DNA of 64,000 bases from a virus (IMGVR_UViG_3300031998_000009:1-64000), one strand, 5' to 3'; positions 39,137 to 51,211 are shown, counted from the stretch's first letter. The notes: generated by a model from the sequence alone, not told the origin. Numbers and translations: made by a program.

Positions 39137-39517
39137 TTACTCTTTCAACATAGCTTCCAGTTCCTCAATGGACTTGTTCTGAAGTTCGGCATCCTTCTTG
39201 GAAGCCAGGATATCACAAATTCTCTGTTTCTTTTTGGAGATCTCGATAGCATTACGAATAGCTTCTTCCTCTTCTTTACGAGTCTTGTAAATATCCTTTA
39301 CGATCTCGATTTTAATCTCCAGTACAGGATTTGCAGTATTACGAGTATCCATAAGGGATTCTACATCCTGGTTCTTTTCCTCTGTTTTCAGAGATCTGTA
39401 AATTTCGTCCAAATCTTTAAGACTCATAACAAACAGATCTTCAACACACAGATTACCCTTCTTCGTAGCAAATCTAATCTTGTACTGTGCGGCGAGTTTA
39501 TAAATGTTTCCTTCCAT
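39137..39517 (-). CDS. Conserved phage coiled-coil protein
   Basis: IRF.T.KG.L.VEDL..L..LD..KSIEELEAML. Confidence 0.65.
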   Translation of the reverse strand: MEGNIYKLAAQYKIRFATKKGNLCVEDLFVMSLKDLDEIYRSLKTEEKNQDVESLMDTRNTANPVLEIKIEIVKDIYKTRKEEEEAIRNAIEISKKKQRICDILASKKDAELQNKSIEELEAMLKE

Positions 39518-39593
39518 GATAGTATTCCTCCATTTTAATTTTATTTTAGAGTAGTTAGAGGATATGGAATCCTCTAACTACATCTTGACTTAA

Positions 39594-41654
39594 TTAGAAC
39601 TGAATTTTAAGAATTCGTTCACTTGTTCCAGTTACCTTCACAACCAATTCTGCTTTCTTGTCCAATGCAAAACCAAGACCGGAAAGCTGGTCATCGGTAT
39701 CATCCACTCTCATTTTATTGCCAAGCGCTGCCATAACACGTTTATTTTCATCAAGTTCGCTAACAAGGAACTCATTGAAAATACCGGAAGGATTTTCATT
39801 GTTCACACATCCATCTAACATGAAGAAGATGTGTTGATGTCCAATGTTCTTATTAGCAGTTGACCAGTAATTAGGAGAGTACATAATACTAGTAACAGGA
39901 ACGAAGTTGTTAGTATCAATATTCCAAATATTCTTGGAAGTGCTAGTACTGTCAAGTTTCGTATTGATAGTAAATGTTCCATCATTATGTAATGTAACAG
40001 TTGCTACTTCTACAGCTTCATGAGTTCTCATTGAATTTGGATAATCGAAAGAGTAGATGTTCCCATCAAACTCAATTTCAGCTCTGAAACCGTTTCTAAC
40101 AGAACCACTATACTGATGTACGAAGAACTTATACTGTCCAAGTGTCATAGACTTCTTGGAAACCCATGTAATATTCTCTACAGCAGTTTTATCAGATCCT
40201 GTGACTTGACGATATGGATCAATAATATCTACGTCCAGTTCACCTCTAGTAGTCGTATCAAACTTGTTACCGTAATAGATCTCTCTTCCATTAGGTGTAA
40301 TACAATGTGCATCCAGATCCACACTGTCCTTACCGTCTTCATTCCACTTGATTGAAAATCTTAACACACCTTCAATGTTACCACCGAATTCTTTTACCTT
40401 CTGCTTAAAAGAGTCTGTAACATTTCCAGTATATGCCCAGGTATAGTTGTTACCCCATTTGAACATAGATTTAGCATCCGGATCTTGAGGAGCAATAAGT
40501 GAAACAAAGTTTGATTTATGGGAATTTTCTACATACGCTTCGATACTTTGAATTGTAGGAAGTACATCAGTGATAAACTTCTGAATAGGAATTGTTTCTA
40601 CTCTGTCGAACTTTTTAGGTTTTGTTTTAACATCTTTTGCAAGTTCGTCAAAGATACTAGTCGAACCTTTAAGTCTTTTGGATACTGACCTATCTACAAA
40701 CAAAATATCATTAACTGTGATATCATCAATCCTAGCAAATCTTCTGGCAAGTGCTGACATAAAACCAAGTTCTGTGATTTTCTTTTCAGCTTCCTGTCTC
40801 ATTTTTTCTGTAAAAATAGGTTTCGGACGTTTATAAACATTAGGATCGGTAATAGCTTCATAAGCTCTTACGGCTTGTTCCAGATCTTTACCTTCTGAAA
40901 TGTCAACAAGAAGTGTTCCAATAGAGGTATTACGAATTCCTGTAATAGAACATCTACCAAGTTTTACAGAATGTTCCCAAGCATACAGATCTTTCTCTTT
41001 TTCAGAAGTAAGTCCCATATACTTGAGCTTATGTTCTTTGAAAATCTTAAGAGGATTTGTCCATTCCTGTCCTCTGTAAATAGAGTTATCTGCAATAAGT
41101 TCCAACAATGTGTCTACAGCGGACATATCAATTTCATCTAAAGCCCTTTTGAATGTGGATTTAGCAGTTCGAAGTTCATTAAGTCTTGGACCTTTGGAAT
41201 CACCAGAAGTAACAAACTTTTCGTCAAGTTCTGTGTAGAAATGATCCCATTTAATAGGATCTCCGCTTTCTACTAATTCAAAATTATGATGACACCCGAT
41301 CTTCCTAAAAGTTGAAAGGTATACATCACTAATATCATGCTTATGAACAAACTCTGACATAGCTTTAATAACAGGACCGAATACAGGATCGTCACATTCG
41401 AAATCCCAAATGGAAACAACTTTACCTTCAATAATAGCAACTACATTTCCAATCTGTTTAATGAATCCTCTACAACACGAGCAATCATGCTCTGTTCTTG
41501 TACGAAAGATCTTATTCGTTCCTTCTGGGTAGGAATTTAAGTACACATTCCACATTTTTTCCTTGTCCATCTGAACTTCGAACAAATACTGCTGAGGTCT
41601 CATAACCTCATCAAAATGTTTGTTCAAAAGATCTCTCATCTGTGCAAAAATCAT
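39594..41654 (-). CDS. Large conserved phage protein with YfaP/DUF2135-like domain
   Basis: 686 aa; HDCSCCR; DLDAHC..LDVD..AVENITW; SPNYW. Confidence 0.7.
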   Translation of the reverse strand: MIFAQMRDLLNKHFDEVMRPQQYLFEVQMDKEKMWNVYLNSYPEGTNKIFRTRTEHDCSCCRGFIKQIGNVVAIIEGKVVSIWDFECDDPVFGPVIKAMSEFVHKHDISDVYLSTFRKIGCHHNFELVESGDPIKWDHFYTELDEKFVTSGDSKGPRLNELRTAKSTFKRALDEIDMSAVDTLLELIADNSIYRGQEWTNPLKIFKEHKLKYMGLTSEKEKDLYAWEHSVKLGRCSITGIRNTSIGTLLVDISEGKDLEQAVRAYEAITDPNVYKRPKPIFTEKMRQEAEKKITELGFMSALARRFARIDDITVNDILFVDRSVSKRLKGSTSIFDELAKDVKTKPKKFDRVETIPIQKFITDVLPTIQSIEAYVENSHKSNFVSLIAPQDPDAKSMFKWGNNYTWAYTGNVTDSFKQKVKEFGGNIEGVLRFSIKWNEDGKDSVDLDAHCITPNGREIYYGNKFDTTTRGELDVDIIDPYRQVTGSDKTAVENITWVSKKSMTLGQYKFFVHQYSGSVRNGFRAEIEFDGNIYSFDYPNSMRTHEAVEVATVTLHNDGTFTINTKLDSTSTSKNIWNIDTNNFVPVTSIMYSPNYWSTANKNIGHQHIFFMLDGCVNNENPSGIFNEFLVSELDENKRVMAALGNKMRVDDTDDQLSGLGFALDKKAELVVKVTGTSERILKIQF

Positions 41655-41683
41655 AAAGAACCTCCTTTTAGTATGTTTTTAAT

Positions 41684-42052
41684 TTATAAATTAAGATAAT
41701 TTGGCATATTTTCTCCAATATCATCAGGTAATAGATAATTGGAATTATTATCATCCCAGCAAGCACATAAATATTCCCAATTCGTATACATTTTAAGTTT
41801 ACGGTGTGGTCTCCTTAAAAAACTCACTAATGATTTTTTAAGTTTAGTGTTTAGAACATCTTCTTTACCCGAATGTTTGAAATAGGCACACTCTAAAATC
41901 TTAACACAACAAGAGAAACCGTCTTCATCATTTGTAATGTGAAAGTGAGGGATTCCATCACCTTCTCTATTATAAATCCAGATCTCGTAATTTCCTTCTT
42001 TTCCTATTTGGGTATCAATAGTTCCTATTTTTGCCATTTCTTTTAAGAACAT
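41684..42052 (-). CDS. DUF4160-like protein with LxE leader
   Basis: MFLKE-MA; EGDGIPHFHI; YFKH; C-terminal MPNYLNL. Confidence 0.65.
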   Translation of the reverse strand: MFLKEMAKIGTIDTQIGKEGNYEIWIYNREGDGIPHFHITNDEDGFSCCVKILECAYFKHSGKEDVLNTKLKKSLVSFLRRPHRKLKMYTNWEYLCACWDDNNSNYLLPDDIGENMPNYLNL

Positions 42053-42083
42053 AATCTTTCCTCCTCACCCGTTTACTAAACAT

Positions 42084-42112
42084 ATTATAACATATTATAG
42101 AAAAAAAGTCAA
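42084..42112 (-). promoter_or_regulatory. Early promoter P9
   Basis: TTGACT-17 bp-TATAAT. Confidence 0.9.
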
Positions 42113-42118
42113 GTACTT

Positions 42119-42691
42119 TTAAAAATGTTTTTCTTTTACTAAAGGAACATATACAATATTGTTAGAATTATTTGGTTTTGTATTATCTTTTTTATGAATA
42201 TATAACGGTTTCTTTACTATATCTTCTACAAGTAGTTCAAAAAATACTACATCATGATATTTTCCATTAAAGTAATCAGACCGTTTCATATATCCTGTTT
42301 GATGTCCACCGTAGGATTCTATCATATTCTTATAAGTAGGGTATATAGGATTATCTACAAATGCCCAAAATTCTAGTTTCTGAGCACCCATTTTAAACAT
42401 ATACTTTACTCGTTTAATAGCATCGTATATGAGTGGAATTCCATCATCCGTAAAAGAAATAAGACCAAAGTTTCTCATATTCTTACTAGTATCATTATAG
42501 TTGTAACTGAAAAAACCGTCTATAGATCCACTATTGTCTAGATGAACAAAATCTTGGCGCCAATCTGTATTGTCCGGGACAGTGAACTCATGACGGTCAC
42601 CGCTAAAATAATATTGATATTTTGGATCATACCATACAGAAACAAGTTTTCTTTTTAGTTCTTCTTTATATAACTGTGCGGGATAAAGCAT
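42119..42691 (-). CDS. GNAT (RimJ/RimL-like) acetyltransferase-fold protein
   Basis: KLEFWAFVDNP..GG..GYMKR..FNGKYHDVVFFEL. Confidence 0.65.
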   Translation of the reverse strand: MLYPAQLYKEELKRKLVSVWYDPKYQYYFSGDRHEFTVPDNTDWRQDFVHLDNSGSIDGFFSYNYNDTSKNMRNFGLISFTDDGIPLIYDAIKRVKYMFKMGAQKLEFWAFVDNPIYPTYKNMIESYGGHQTGYMKRSDYFNGKYHDVVFFELLVEDIVKKPLYIHKKDNTKPNNSNNIVYVPLVKEKHF

Positions 42692-42705
42692 TTGGAATTC
42701 CTCCT

Positions 42706-42880
42706 TTAAGTGAACATTGCTCGTTTATTCCACATTTCAGATGCTTGCAAGATAAGTGAGTTTAGTTCCTCTGCATAATTAGGTCCGAAAACATGAATTT
42801 TGACCTAGATATTTTATTTCTCTGTGTGAAATCCTGGCACGTCCACCACAAAACGGACATCTTCTTAACTCAATGCACAT
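42706..42880 (-). pseudogene. Frameshifted Lar-like restriction alleviation gene remnant
   Basis: ELRRCPFCGGRA stops early; the Lar-type ending ASEMWNKR lies in another frame. Confidence 0.55.
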
Positions 42881-44297
42881 CTGGACATACCTCTCTATTA
42901 AAACAACCGATAGAAGGATTGGACACGAGTGAACCTGTTAAAAGACAAGTACATCCATCTTGATCCCATTCGGACCTAACACAACCAAAACATCCAGGTT
43001 TTTCTTTTTTCCTTGTTTCTTTTTTATCTCTTTTTATCTCTTCACACAATTTGTTATGTGACATATTTAAATTATCAAGTTGACGTTCCATATCTGAAAG
43101 TATTTTAAACACTCCATCTAAAGAATTATCTGGAATAGATTCCTCACATAATTTTATAAAATCTGGTTTAGCTTTTTCTTTTATTTCTTCCGATAATTCG
43201 TATATTTGATGAGTATAAATATTTCTTCCCATTAATTCTTTTATGTACTCATAGAAATAAATAAGATCTTCACCTTTTAGCATACAGGTACCTGTGTACG
43301 CCATTATAATAGCGCATTCTCTTTTTGTCATAGTTGTTCCTCCTTATTCAATAACCGTTTTCAAATTCAAGAAGCCATTCTTTTACAGCAATTTGGGCTT
43401 TAGCAAAACACATTTCCATGTCACCATCTTGTACATCGCAAATAATCACATTTCCATCTATATTTTTAGCTTTTGGATAATCGTCAGAACATCCTTTTTT
43501 GAAAACATATATTTGCCAATCACAAATCTTATTGTATGTGATCTCTAAATGGAACGGGAATGTTTCTTTGAGTTTATTCATAAATAGAAGAAATTCATTC
43601 ATTGTTTACCACCTCATTCATTATGGATCCACAGTTTGGACAATATTTATAGTCATAGGTAGAATCTTTGCAGCATACAGAGCACATCCATCCATTAGAA
43701 CAATCTTCCCAATGACCTTTTCTTGTTTCCGTATATGGTGATATTCCAGTAGATACCGGATCCTCATGTAATATTTTATCGTATGCTTCAGATCCTTCAT
43801 CCTCCAGATTTCTAAATTGTTTATCCATTATATTTCTCCAATTCCTGATTAACATAGTAATTCCATCTGGAAACGGCTTCCTTGTAAGCACGTTCCCATG
43901 TAGATTTACCACTTTCAGCTTTTAGATGTTGTTTATGAAACAGCGGTTTGCACTGTATAGTGCACCAAGCTCCATAAGACATAGACTCGTATGCATAGTC
44001 TCTTTTTATTTTAGGAGGTCTCCCACAAATAGGACAATTCAACAATTCCATAAATAATTACCTCCCATTTCTAGACTCCTTATTATTTAAATGTTCTTCG
44101 ATACATTTTTTACAATCACAAGGACAGCCCCTATCTTCCCAACCCATCATATACTGTAAACAAGGTTTTTCAGATATTCCGTCTTCGTAGTATTGTAGCA
44201 TTTTCACAAGCGTTTCCTTGATTCCGTCTTGTTTACCTTGATTATAGGCTTCTTCCGTTATCTTACGGATATACTCATCTGGATTTGGCAATGCCAT
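42870..44297 (-). CDS. Cluster of small genes (42870..43331, 43348..43602, 43595..~43829, 43821..44051 Lar-like, 44058..44297)
   Basis: Coupled ORFs; 43821..44051 has CPICG..AVSRWN; 43595.. has GHW..CSVC..YCPNCG. Confidence 0.55.
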
Positions 44298-44343
44298 TTC
44301 TATTCCTCCTACTAATTATTTTTCTCCTAATATCAATATGAAA

Positions 44344-44946
44344 TTAGGAGAATGTTCCATTTTCGGTTTGCACTTCTTCTAGTTTTATTACCATTTTTTC
44401 GTAAATATCTTTTCCTATGTTTTCTTTTGTTAGACCCTCTAAAATTTCACTTACCCAGGAAGGGGAACGCTTTATACGTTGACGTTCAAACATCATACTG
44501 TCATTTATATAGTGAAGAGCTGGTTGAATAGTAGGAAAGAAATGAATGCCTCTAGAGCATATTGTAGTCGGGTCTGTATCTATGTTTCTTACATATAGTG
44601 ATGTTCCAACTTTATATAAAAGAATATCATCATATGATATCATATCGTCCCGAACATAGGATCTTACTCCGAATAAAGACAGTGCCTTAATATCATTATC
44701 TTCCATAGCTAGTTTATAATGTACGATATCCCCTATCACAATCTTTTCTTCTAGTTTAAAAATAGCTGTTACTTTTACACGGTCTGTTCGAAGTTTACAC
44801 GTTTCAACTCCGAAGGGGTAAACAACTATTGCAGATACAGGAATCTCTAACTCCACAAGACAAGGTTTCCATTTATTGCTAACATCGTCAAAATAACAGG
44901 CTATCTTATAACCCTTCCGATCCGATTTATAATAGTTATGTTCCAT
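44344..44946 (-). CDS. DUF5758-like protein (dispersed sixth copy)
   Basis: KGYKI..LEIP..KLRTDR..ICSRGIHFF. Confidence 0.7.
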   Translation of the reverse strand: MEHNYYKSDRKGYKIACYFDDVSNKWKPCLVELEIPVSAIVVYPFGVETCKLRTDRVKVTAIFKLEEKIVIGDIVHYKLAMEDNDIKALSLFGVRSYVRDDMISYDDILLYKVGTSLYVRNIDTDPTTICSRGIHFFPTIQPALHYINDSMMFERQRIKRSPSWVSEILEGLTKENIGKDIYEKMVIKLEEVQTENGTFS

Positions 44947-44955
44947 TATAACACC

Positions 44956-46458
44956 TCACCAAAAATAAAGATTAGTTACCTCATAGGTTTTAATTCCGTA
45001 TCTTCTTTCTATATAAGATGCAAATTCATCTGAACTAATTGCATTAAATAAATATTCGTCCTCGATCATATCTGGGTTATTAACTGTTTGTTCACAATAG
45101 GCAGCACTATGTATGTCCTCAATATTATCCATTATGTCTCTAACAGTTTCCTCCTTGTTAAGAAAAGGTGCTAGGTCCAATGTGTCTAGATAATCGTATT
45201 CTTGCTTTTGAAGAACTTTCCATTCAGCTTCCGTCATTTATTATACTCCTCACATTCGTCAAATGGTCTAGGAACCAATAGTCCGGTTCGTTTACAAGTA
45301 CACCCATCAACATCCCAAGAAGCATTCTGACAATTACGGCAATTTTGTGTTTCGTCCCTTTCATTTTAGCACCACATTTCGGACAGAAGTTAAACCATGA
45401 AGTTTGATTTTCATCAATAATACATTCGCTTCCGGGTTCAATCTTTTCACAATTTGTACAACGGTAATACTTCATTCCACCAATAGTTTCATCGTATTCC
45501 CAGTGTCCATGTTCCTGTTCTTGTTTAACTTCAGGTTGCATTCTAATATGTATTAGAGCAAGAGTAAGCCCTCTCTGTATGAATAGATCACCCAAAGAGT
45601 TTGGGTTTAGATTTTTAACTTCTTCAAATAGTATTTTACATAATTCGTTTCTTTCAATTAGTGCCATTGTAATCGTCCCTTTCATATACTCTATCAGTCT
45701 CCATCTTCGCACCACAATCTGGACAATATTCAGTAGCAACCCCAATATATATAACAGCAAAATCAGGATCGCATTCGGAGCAATGCAAACAGTACGGCGT
45801 TCCGTCAGGCTTTCTTTCTAAAATCCACCGCCCGTGTTTCACAGGTTCGGCTTCGATTGTAGGCTGTTTGGCAATCAGATCACCAACTGTTCCGATAAAT
45901 CCTTCTTCTGGTCCTTCCTCTGTGTAGTAACTTCCGTACTGTTCTGAAAAAACATCTGCATCAATCGGTCTCATCCTATTTACCTCCTATTCATCTTCAC
46001 ACCACAATTAGGACAAAAATTCTTATTTGATCCTGGAGGATAATTTAAATAATGGATAATGTAATTGGATCCATGCCTTCATTATCAAAAATTTCAATGA
46101 TATATTCGTATGTATTCTCAAAAGGTGCCAATTTAATTTTATCTAAAATATAACCGGGTACAGTCTCGTAAAGTAAAAATTTACAAATTTTACCACAATC
46201 TAAATTTACAGAATATTTAATTGGATCCTTTTCTAGTACATTTTCCATCACAGCACCACAATGAGGACAGTAAGACCAGTATCCTTCTATAGCATAATGT
46301 CTCATGTCTACATCATTTCTGCAATTAGTGCAAATCCAATGTTTAGTTGGTACTTTATGTCCAGGTGCCGGTTCCCATTTAGCATAAATAGGAACAACTA
46401 CCTTCACATTAGGTTTTCCTTCAAAACTCGTGGAATCAACAGTATGTAAGAACTTCAT
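44956..46458 (-). CDS. Zinc-finger gene cluster (44956..45237, ~45234..45667, 45654..45974, 46045..46458)
   Basis: Repeated HGxW..CxxC..YCPxCGAxM family. Confidence 0.6.
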
Positions 46459-46489
46459 GTCTTATACCACCTTACATTTTTATATTTAT

Positions 46490-46518
46490 AGTATAACACA
46501 TTATAAAGAAAAAGTCAA
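46490..46518 (-). promoter_or_regulatory. Early promoter P10
   Basis: TTGACT-17 bp-TATACT; hairpin AAGGGTTTTG/CAAAACCCTT at 46517..46555. Confidence 0.9.
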
Positions 46519-46563
46519 GGGTTTTGAAAAATAAAAATATTTTTACAAAACCCTTTATTCTAT

Positions 46564-49501
46564 TTATTCTTTACTTGAATTATCACTATTAAACGCCTTA
46601 AATTTTTTATATAGCTCAATCAAAAAGTAACTTTTCTCACCCATTTTGCTAATAGAGTCTTGCATCAGACTGTATATGCTGTATAGCTCTTCATAATGTG
46701 GATGTTTCTTATCCAGATTATCTATAACTTCTTTACTTCTTTCCATTAGATAGGATGCAAATTTGATCATTTCTAATGCCTCGGATGTAGTAGAAACAAG
46801 TTTATTTCTTTCGTGACTTTCCAAAATAAATTCTTCGTAATCCATTGTTTTACTCCTTACATATTTTAAGAAATCGTGTTCTTTCTGTTTTTGAATTTTC
46901 GTTGCTGTTATATCGTCTTTAACAGAAGTTGGTATATGTAAACAATGATAGATTTTATCTTGTAGTTCTTTTATATACTCATCGATATTAGTTTCTTCTG
47001 TTTCGGAAGCTATTTCCGGTTCACACTTTTTTACTCTTCGCTTCGGGTCAAAAGGACATTCGTCACTAAAATCACATAAGGGTCCATAACTTGTTAGACA
47101 TTCCTGTGGACACACTCCATAGGGTGACCAAGGACAGGATAGTTCGTAATTATTCAAAATATCACCACCTTAAAATATTTAATTCGAGGTCTAATTTCTT
47201 TATAGATTCCTTGATCTTATTATCTAGTATAGCTCCTTCTTATCCTCTTCGTTTCTAAACATCTGTGCCCCACAATGAGGACAATATCTAGATAAAATAG
47301 ATTCTCCAAACTCATTTACAGGTGCTTCCCATTGACAATTAGTACAAATATACACACATATTTCGTCGTTACCAGAAAGCTCTGGATCGTATCCTTCCAT
47401 TTCTGAACGATTTTTAGGACACCAGGCACCATATTTTACAGGAACAGCATCTACCTTAGGTGCTGATTTAAGAACATCATAAGCAACCATAGCATCTACG
47501 GCATACATTGGTGCTACTTCCATTTCTCTTAATGTAGCTTCTCTATCAATAAGTTCCATCACGAGTCCTCCTCCTTCATAATAGATTGACAGTGAGGACA
47601 ATACTTATATTCGCATTGTTTACCCCACGTTTCCGACATAACAGTTCGAAGACAATTAGAACATTGCCATCTATCAGTATAGTCACTTCCATTATTTCCA
47701 AAAGGAATCCAACGACCTTGTCTATAACTTCTATTCCACTTATCCAAACAATAAGTCAGGGCATCGTTCTTGTTTGAATGTAATTGATGAATGCTAGCTC
47801 CACATTTGCGACATTGAATAGTACACAGATAACCTACTGTGTTTGTTGTTTCTTCACTAACGTCTTTATATGTTATATTAAATGCTGTTTGATCTTTATT
47901 TTGACAAAATGGACAAACTTCTATATTCATAATATCATCACTCTTTTCCTAAAAATGTGTTCACAGAATTATAAAAATCAATTAGACTATTATCTGGAAA
48001 ACATGAAACTAGATCATATATATGATTTTCTGTATCCGAAACATAAAGTCTAGGTTTTATGTCATAGCAAAGTTGTGTAAATACTTTGATATCTGTTTGC
48101 ATAGGAATTTCAGGTTTCCATCTTTCTTTGTTTACATCCGGAAGTTCCACCACAAAATTGACTTTGGAACCTTTTGGAGTAAACATTATATTGACACAAT
48201 AACCTTCGATACCTACATATTTGATATGTTTAATCTCAACATCCTGTAAACGGAACATATCACAGATAAAAACTTTAAGTGCTTCGAAGTCTTCCTTTTC
48301 CGGACATTTTCTTTTTCTACTATATTTGCTTAATGTATCCAGCCACATTCTAGCACCTACGGTTCTTTTTAAAATAGACTGGATAATAGATTCTTGTTCA
48401 ATAAGTCTACGGAGCTCTGCAAGTAACCCGCTATACATTGTAACAAGTTGTACCTTTAATCCTCGATACTGATTTTCAACAAGTTCAATCTGTTCTTTAA
48501 GTTGTGTATAATAAAGGTCTTCCAGTTTTATATAAATATTTTTAGGTGTGATTGTTTCCATATTCTTCTCCTTAATCTGTGACAATGAATCGACTACGGT
48601 ATGCTTCCATTCTTTCATTTACAGATTTGAGTTTTGCTTCTAGCTCTTCCTGTTCTTTCTTAAGTGAGGTATAATGAATGGCACTATTCACATAATCTTG
48701 AATAGGAGTTCCGTAAATATAATCAAGATAAGTATCTTTACATTCTATATCATAAGCCTTTTTATTTGTGCATCCGGTACAGGTGGTTTTGTTTACAGAA
48801 CAACTTTTGCATGGATCTTTAGCACGAAGATCTATGTATTTTTGAAGACGTTCGAATTCTTCGTGTGTAATTCTTATCTCCATAATTATTTCTTCCTCTC
48901 AAATCCAGTAAACGGTATATGAAATGTTTCATAGAAGGATATAGGTCTTACAATAGATGTTTCCTTGTAACATCGTTGAACTGCTTTTTCTAAAGCATCC
49001 AAGAATGCTTTATTTAGTTCTTCTTTATTCAAAGGTTCAGTAGAAACTCCGTTCACTAATATATCATCTACATGGGTCTCTATATTACTCTTCATCAACA
49101 TCTTCCTTTTTACGTTCGTCAAGGATGAATGGTTTTTCTTTGGAGGCATTTTCGTAAAATGTACGGAGGTCGAACCATTTGTCTTTTAGAATGTGTCCAA
49201 TTTTTGTTATGGACAGTCCAGGTCCTGGAATCTCTACTCTGACATATTGACCTACAAGACTCTCCCATTTTGACACACCTACTGTATCCATAATTTTCAT
49301 CATTGCAACAATAGCACTTCCATTGCCTTCCCAATAATCAGAATCAAGGTAACCATGACCGTTAGCATATCCACCCAATCTCGTAAACCATCCAGAACCT
49401 TGTAAATATACGTTTACAACAAGACATCCATGATCTGCCATAGAAATAGAAACATCTGTTATTTTAGCATTTTTGATTTCCATTTTTATATCCTCCATCA
49501 T
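46564..49501 (-). CDS. Operon of hypothetical and zinc-finger genes (46564..47157, 47224..47601, 47559..47930 Lar/Zn fusion, 47938..48618, 48572..48883, 48886..49149, 49085..49501)
   Basis: Coupled minus-strand ORFs with RBSs and CxxC motifs. Confidence 0.55.
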
Positions 49502-49514
49502 TAAACAGAATTGT

Positions 49515-49705
49515 ACTAGAATTTATTAAACTCCAAATCAAAATGTATAAGATTTTAATAAAATTCTAATATACATACACAACTTTCTTCATAACCTCGA
49601 AAAGTTATAAAACTGAGATTGTTTCTGTATATTCATCTGTGGATAGATTTTAAGTTAAAAACTTTACTTTCTAAGCATCCACCTCAGCTCGTACAAAGCT
49701 GGTTT
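49515..49705 (-). ncRNA. Putative TnpB omega-RNA scaffold
   Basis: Non-coding region 3' of tnpB with stems CAGCT/AGCTG, CTGAG/CTCAG, GTGGAT/ATCCAC, ATAAC/GTTAT and TAGAATTT..ATTAAA/TTTAAT..AAATTCTA. Confidence 0.55.
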
Positions 49706-49717
49706 TATTATTTTATA

Positions 49718-51211
49718 TTAAATGCCCATACAGGATAAGAATTTATAATTGTTTGATTCTTTGTATTTTGTTAATTCGTTTATCTTATCATCATGCAAAT
49801 ATAAGAAATTATTAAAATTTTGTTCACATAATTGTTGGTCAAAAGACTCTAGGTCTTTTGTTACATTACTTATTAAGAACGCAGAATATAAATCTCTTTG
49901 TAACTTATGTCCCCCAACAAATGTCCATCTTTCCGACAATGTTTTTGGTGTATATATCTTTGTAATATGATTATACTGACTTGCTTTACATTTTTGTGTA
50001 TTTATCTTATTTAATTGTAGTCCAAAATAATTAAGTTTTCTATTCAGAATTTCCAGTAACATAGCTGGTGCCCTGTTACATATTGATTTTCCAAATCGTT
50101 TCTTTTTCTTACATTTTCCGTCTTTTCTTCTTTCTGTAGGTCTTTTACTTCTTTTTGCTAAACCTGCAAAATTCATTTCCTCGACAAAGAATTGATCACC
50201 TAAAGATAATATAAAATTAGTTAATATATTATGTGATAAATTTCTGGCAACTCTTTGTTTTCTGTTTAATTCTTTTAATTGTTTTTCTAGTTTAAGGTAA
50301 TTTTTTGATTTTATCCATTTATCTCTATTTCCTTTTTTGATTGTTCCGTCTATGTTGAATTTATTTGGATTTGTTGATCTACGACTAATATCTAACTTTC
50401 TCTGAACTATTTTCTTTTCCTGCTCATATTTTTGTGCATTGGATGCAAGTTCTAATAATTCAACACGACTATCAGATACTATTGCTATTGTTGATGTTCC
50501 AATATCAATTCCAACTCTTCCAAACCCAACTGAATATCTGGATTTAACATCTTCCCCTTGAAAAACCATCTGAACATAATACCTTCTTTTACATCTGATG
50601 TATTTTCTGACTATTTTACAATATTTCAAATTGTTTAAGCAAGGAAATAAATGATTATTTAAATAATTTAATGGTTTTCCATTTGTTGGATACTTTATTT
50701 TTAGATTCAATCCTGTCCAATCAATATATTCATTTTTAAAACATATTCCAGTACGGGCTTGTTTTCCACTTAAACTATTAAACTGATTAAATTTCTTAAA
50801 ATGAACTTTTCTATTTTGTTTATGAAAGATAGAACTTATAGATTTCCAAACTCTATCTGCTATTTCCTGACATATCTGTGAATGAAGATGCTTTTTAAAA
50901 TGATGTTGCATCGGTTTTACGTCTTTAACAATATCAAAATGGGTTAATTTATATTCCTTTAATAACTCATTTATTTCTTCCCAAATTAAATCTTTATCAC
51001 AAATTGGATCATGCAATGTTTGAATTAAATTTCTATATCTTTTTGTTTTTAGCATTTCCTTATATCTAATAAGCGTTTTTCCTAGAAGTTTATTAAATAT
51101 ATTTCGTCCACATTCTAATCGTTTATCTATAATATCTTCTTGCCATATTTCAGTAATTAAAGGCAACTCTATCATGAAATAATTATTCTTGACCCTTTTC
51201 ATATGAATCAC
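49718..51211 (-). CDS. tnpB: IS607-type TnpB RNA-guided endonuclease
   Basis: 497 aa; RuvC motifs VGIDIG, FVEEM, QRDLYSA. Confidence 0.88.
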   Translation of the reverse strand: MIHMKRVKNNYFMIELPLITEIWQEDIIDKRLECGRNIFNKLLGKTLIRYKEMLKTKRYRNLIQTLHDPICDKDLIWEEINELLKEYKLTHFDIVKDVKPMQHHFKKHLHSQICQEIADRVWKSISSIFHKQNRKVHFKKFNQFNSLSGKQARTGICFKNEYIDWTGLNLKIKYPTNGKPLNYLNNHLFPCLNNLKYCKIVRKYIRCKRRYYVQMVFQGEDVKSRYSVGFGRVGIDIGTSTIAIVSDSRVELLELASNAQKYEQEKKIVQRKLDISRRSTNPNKFNIDGTIKKGNRDKWIKSKNYLKLEKQLKELNRKQRVARNLSHNILTNFILSLGDQFFVEEMNFAGLAKRSKRPTERRKDGKCKKKKRFGKSICNRAPAMLLEILNRKLNYFGLQLNKINTQKCKASQYNHITKIYTPKTLSERWTFVGGHKLQRDLYSAFLISNVTKDLESFDQQLCEQNFNNFLYLHDDKINELTKYKESNNYKFLSCMGI

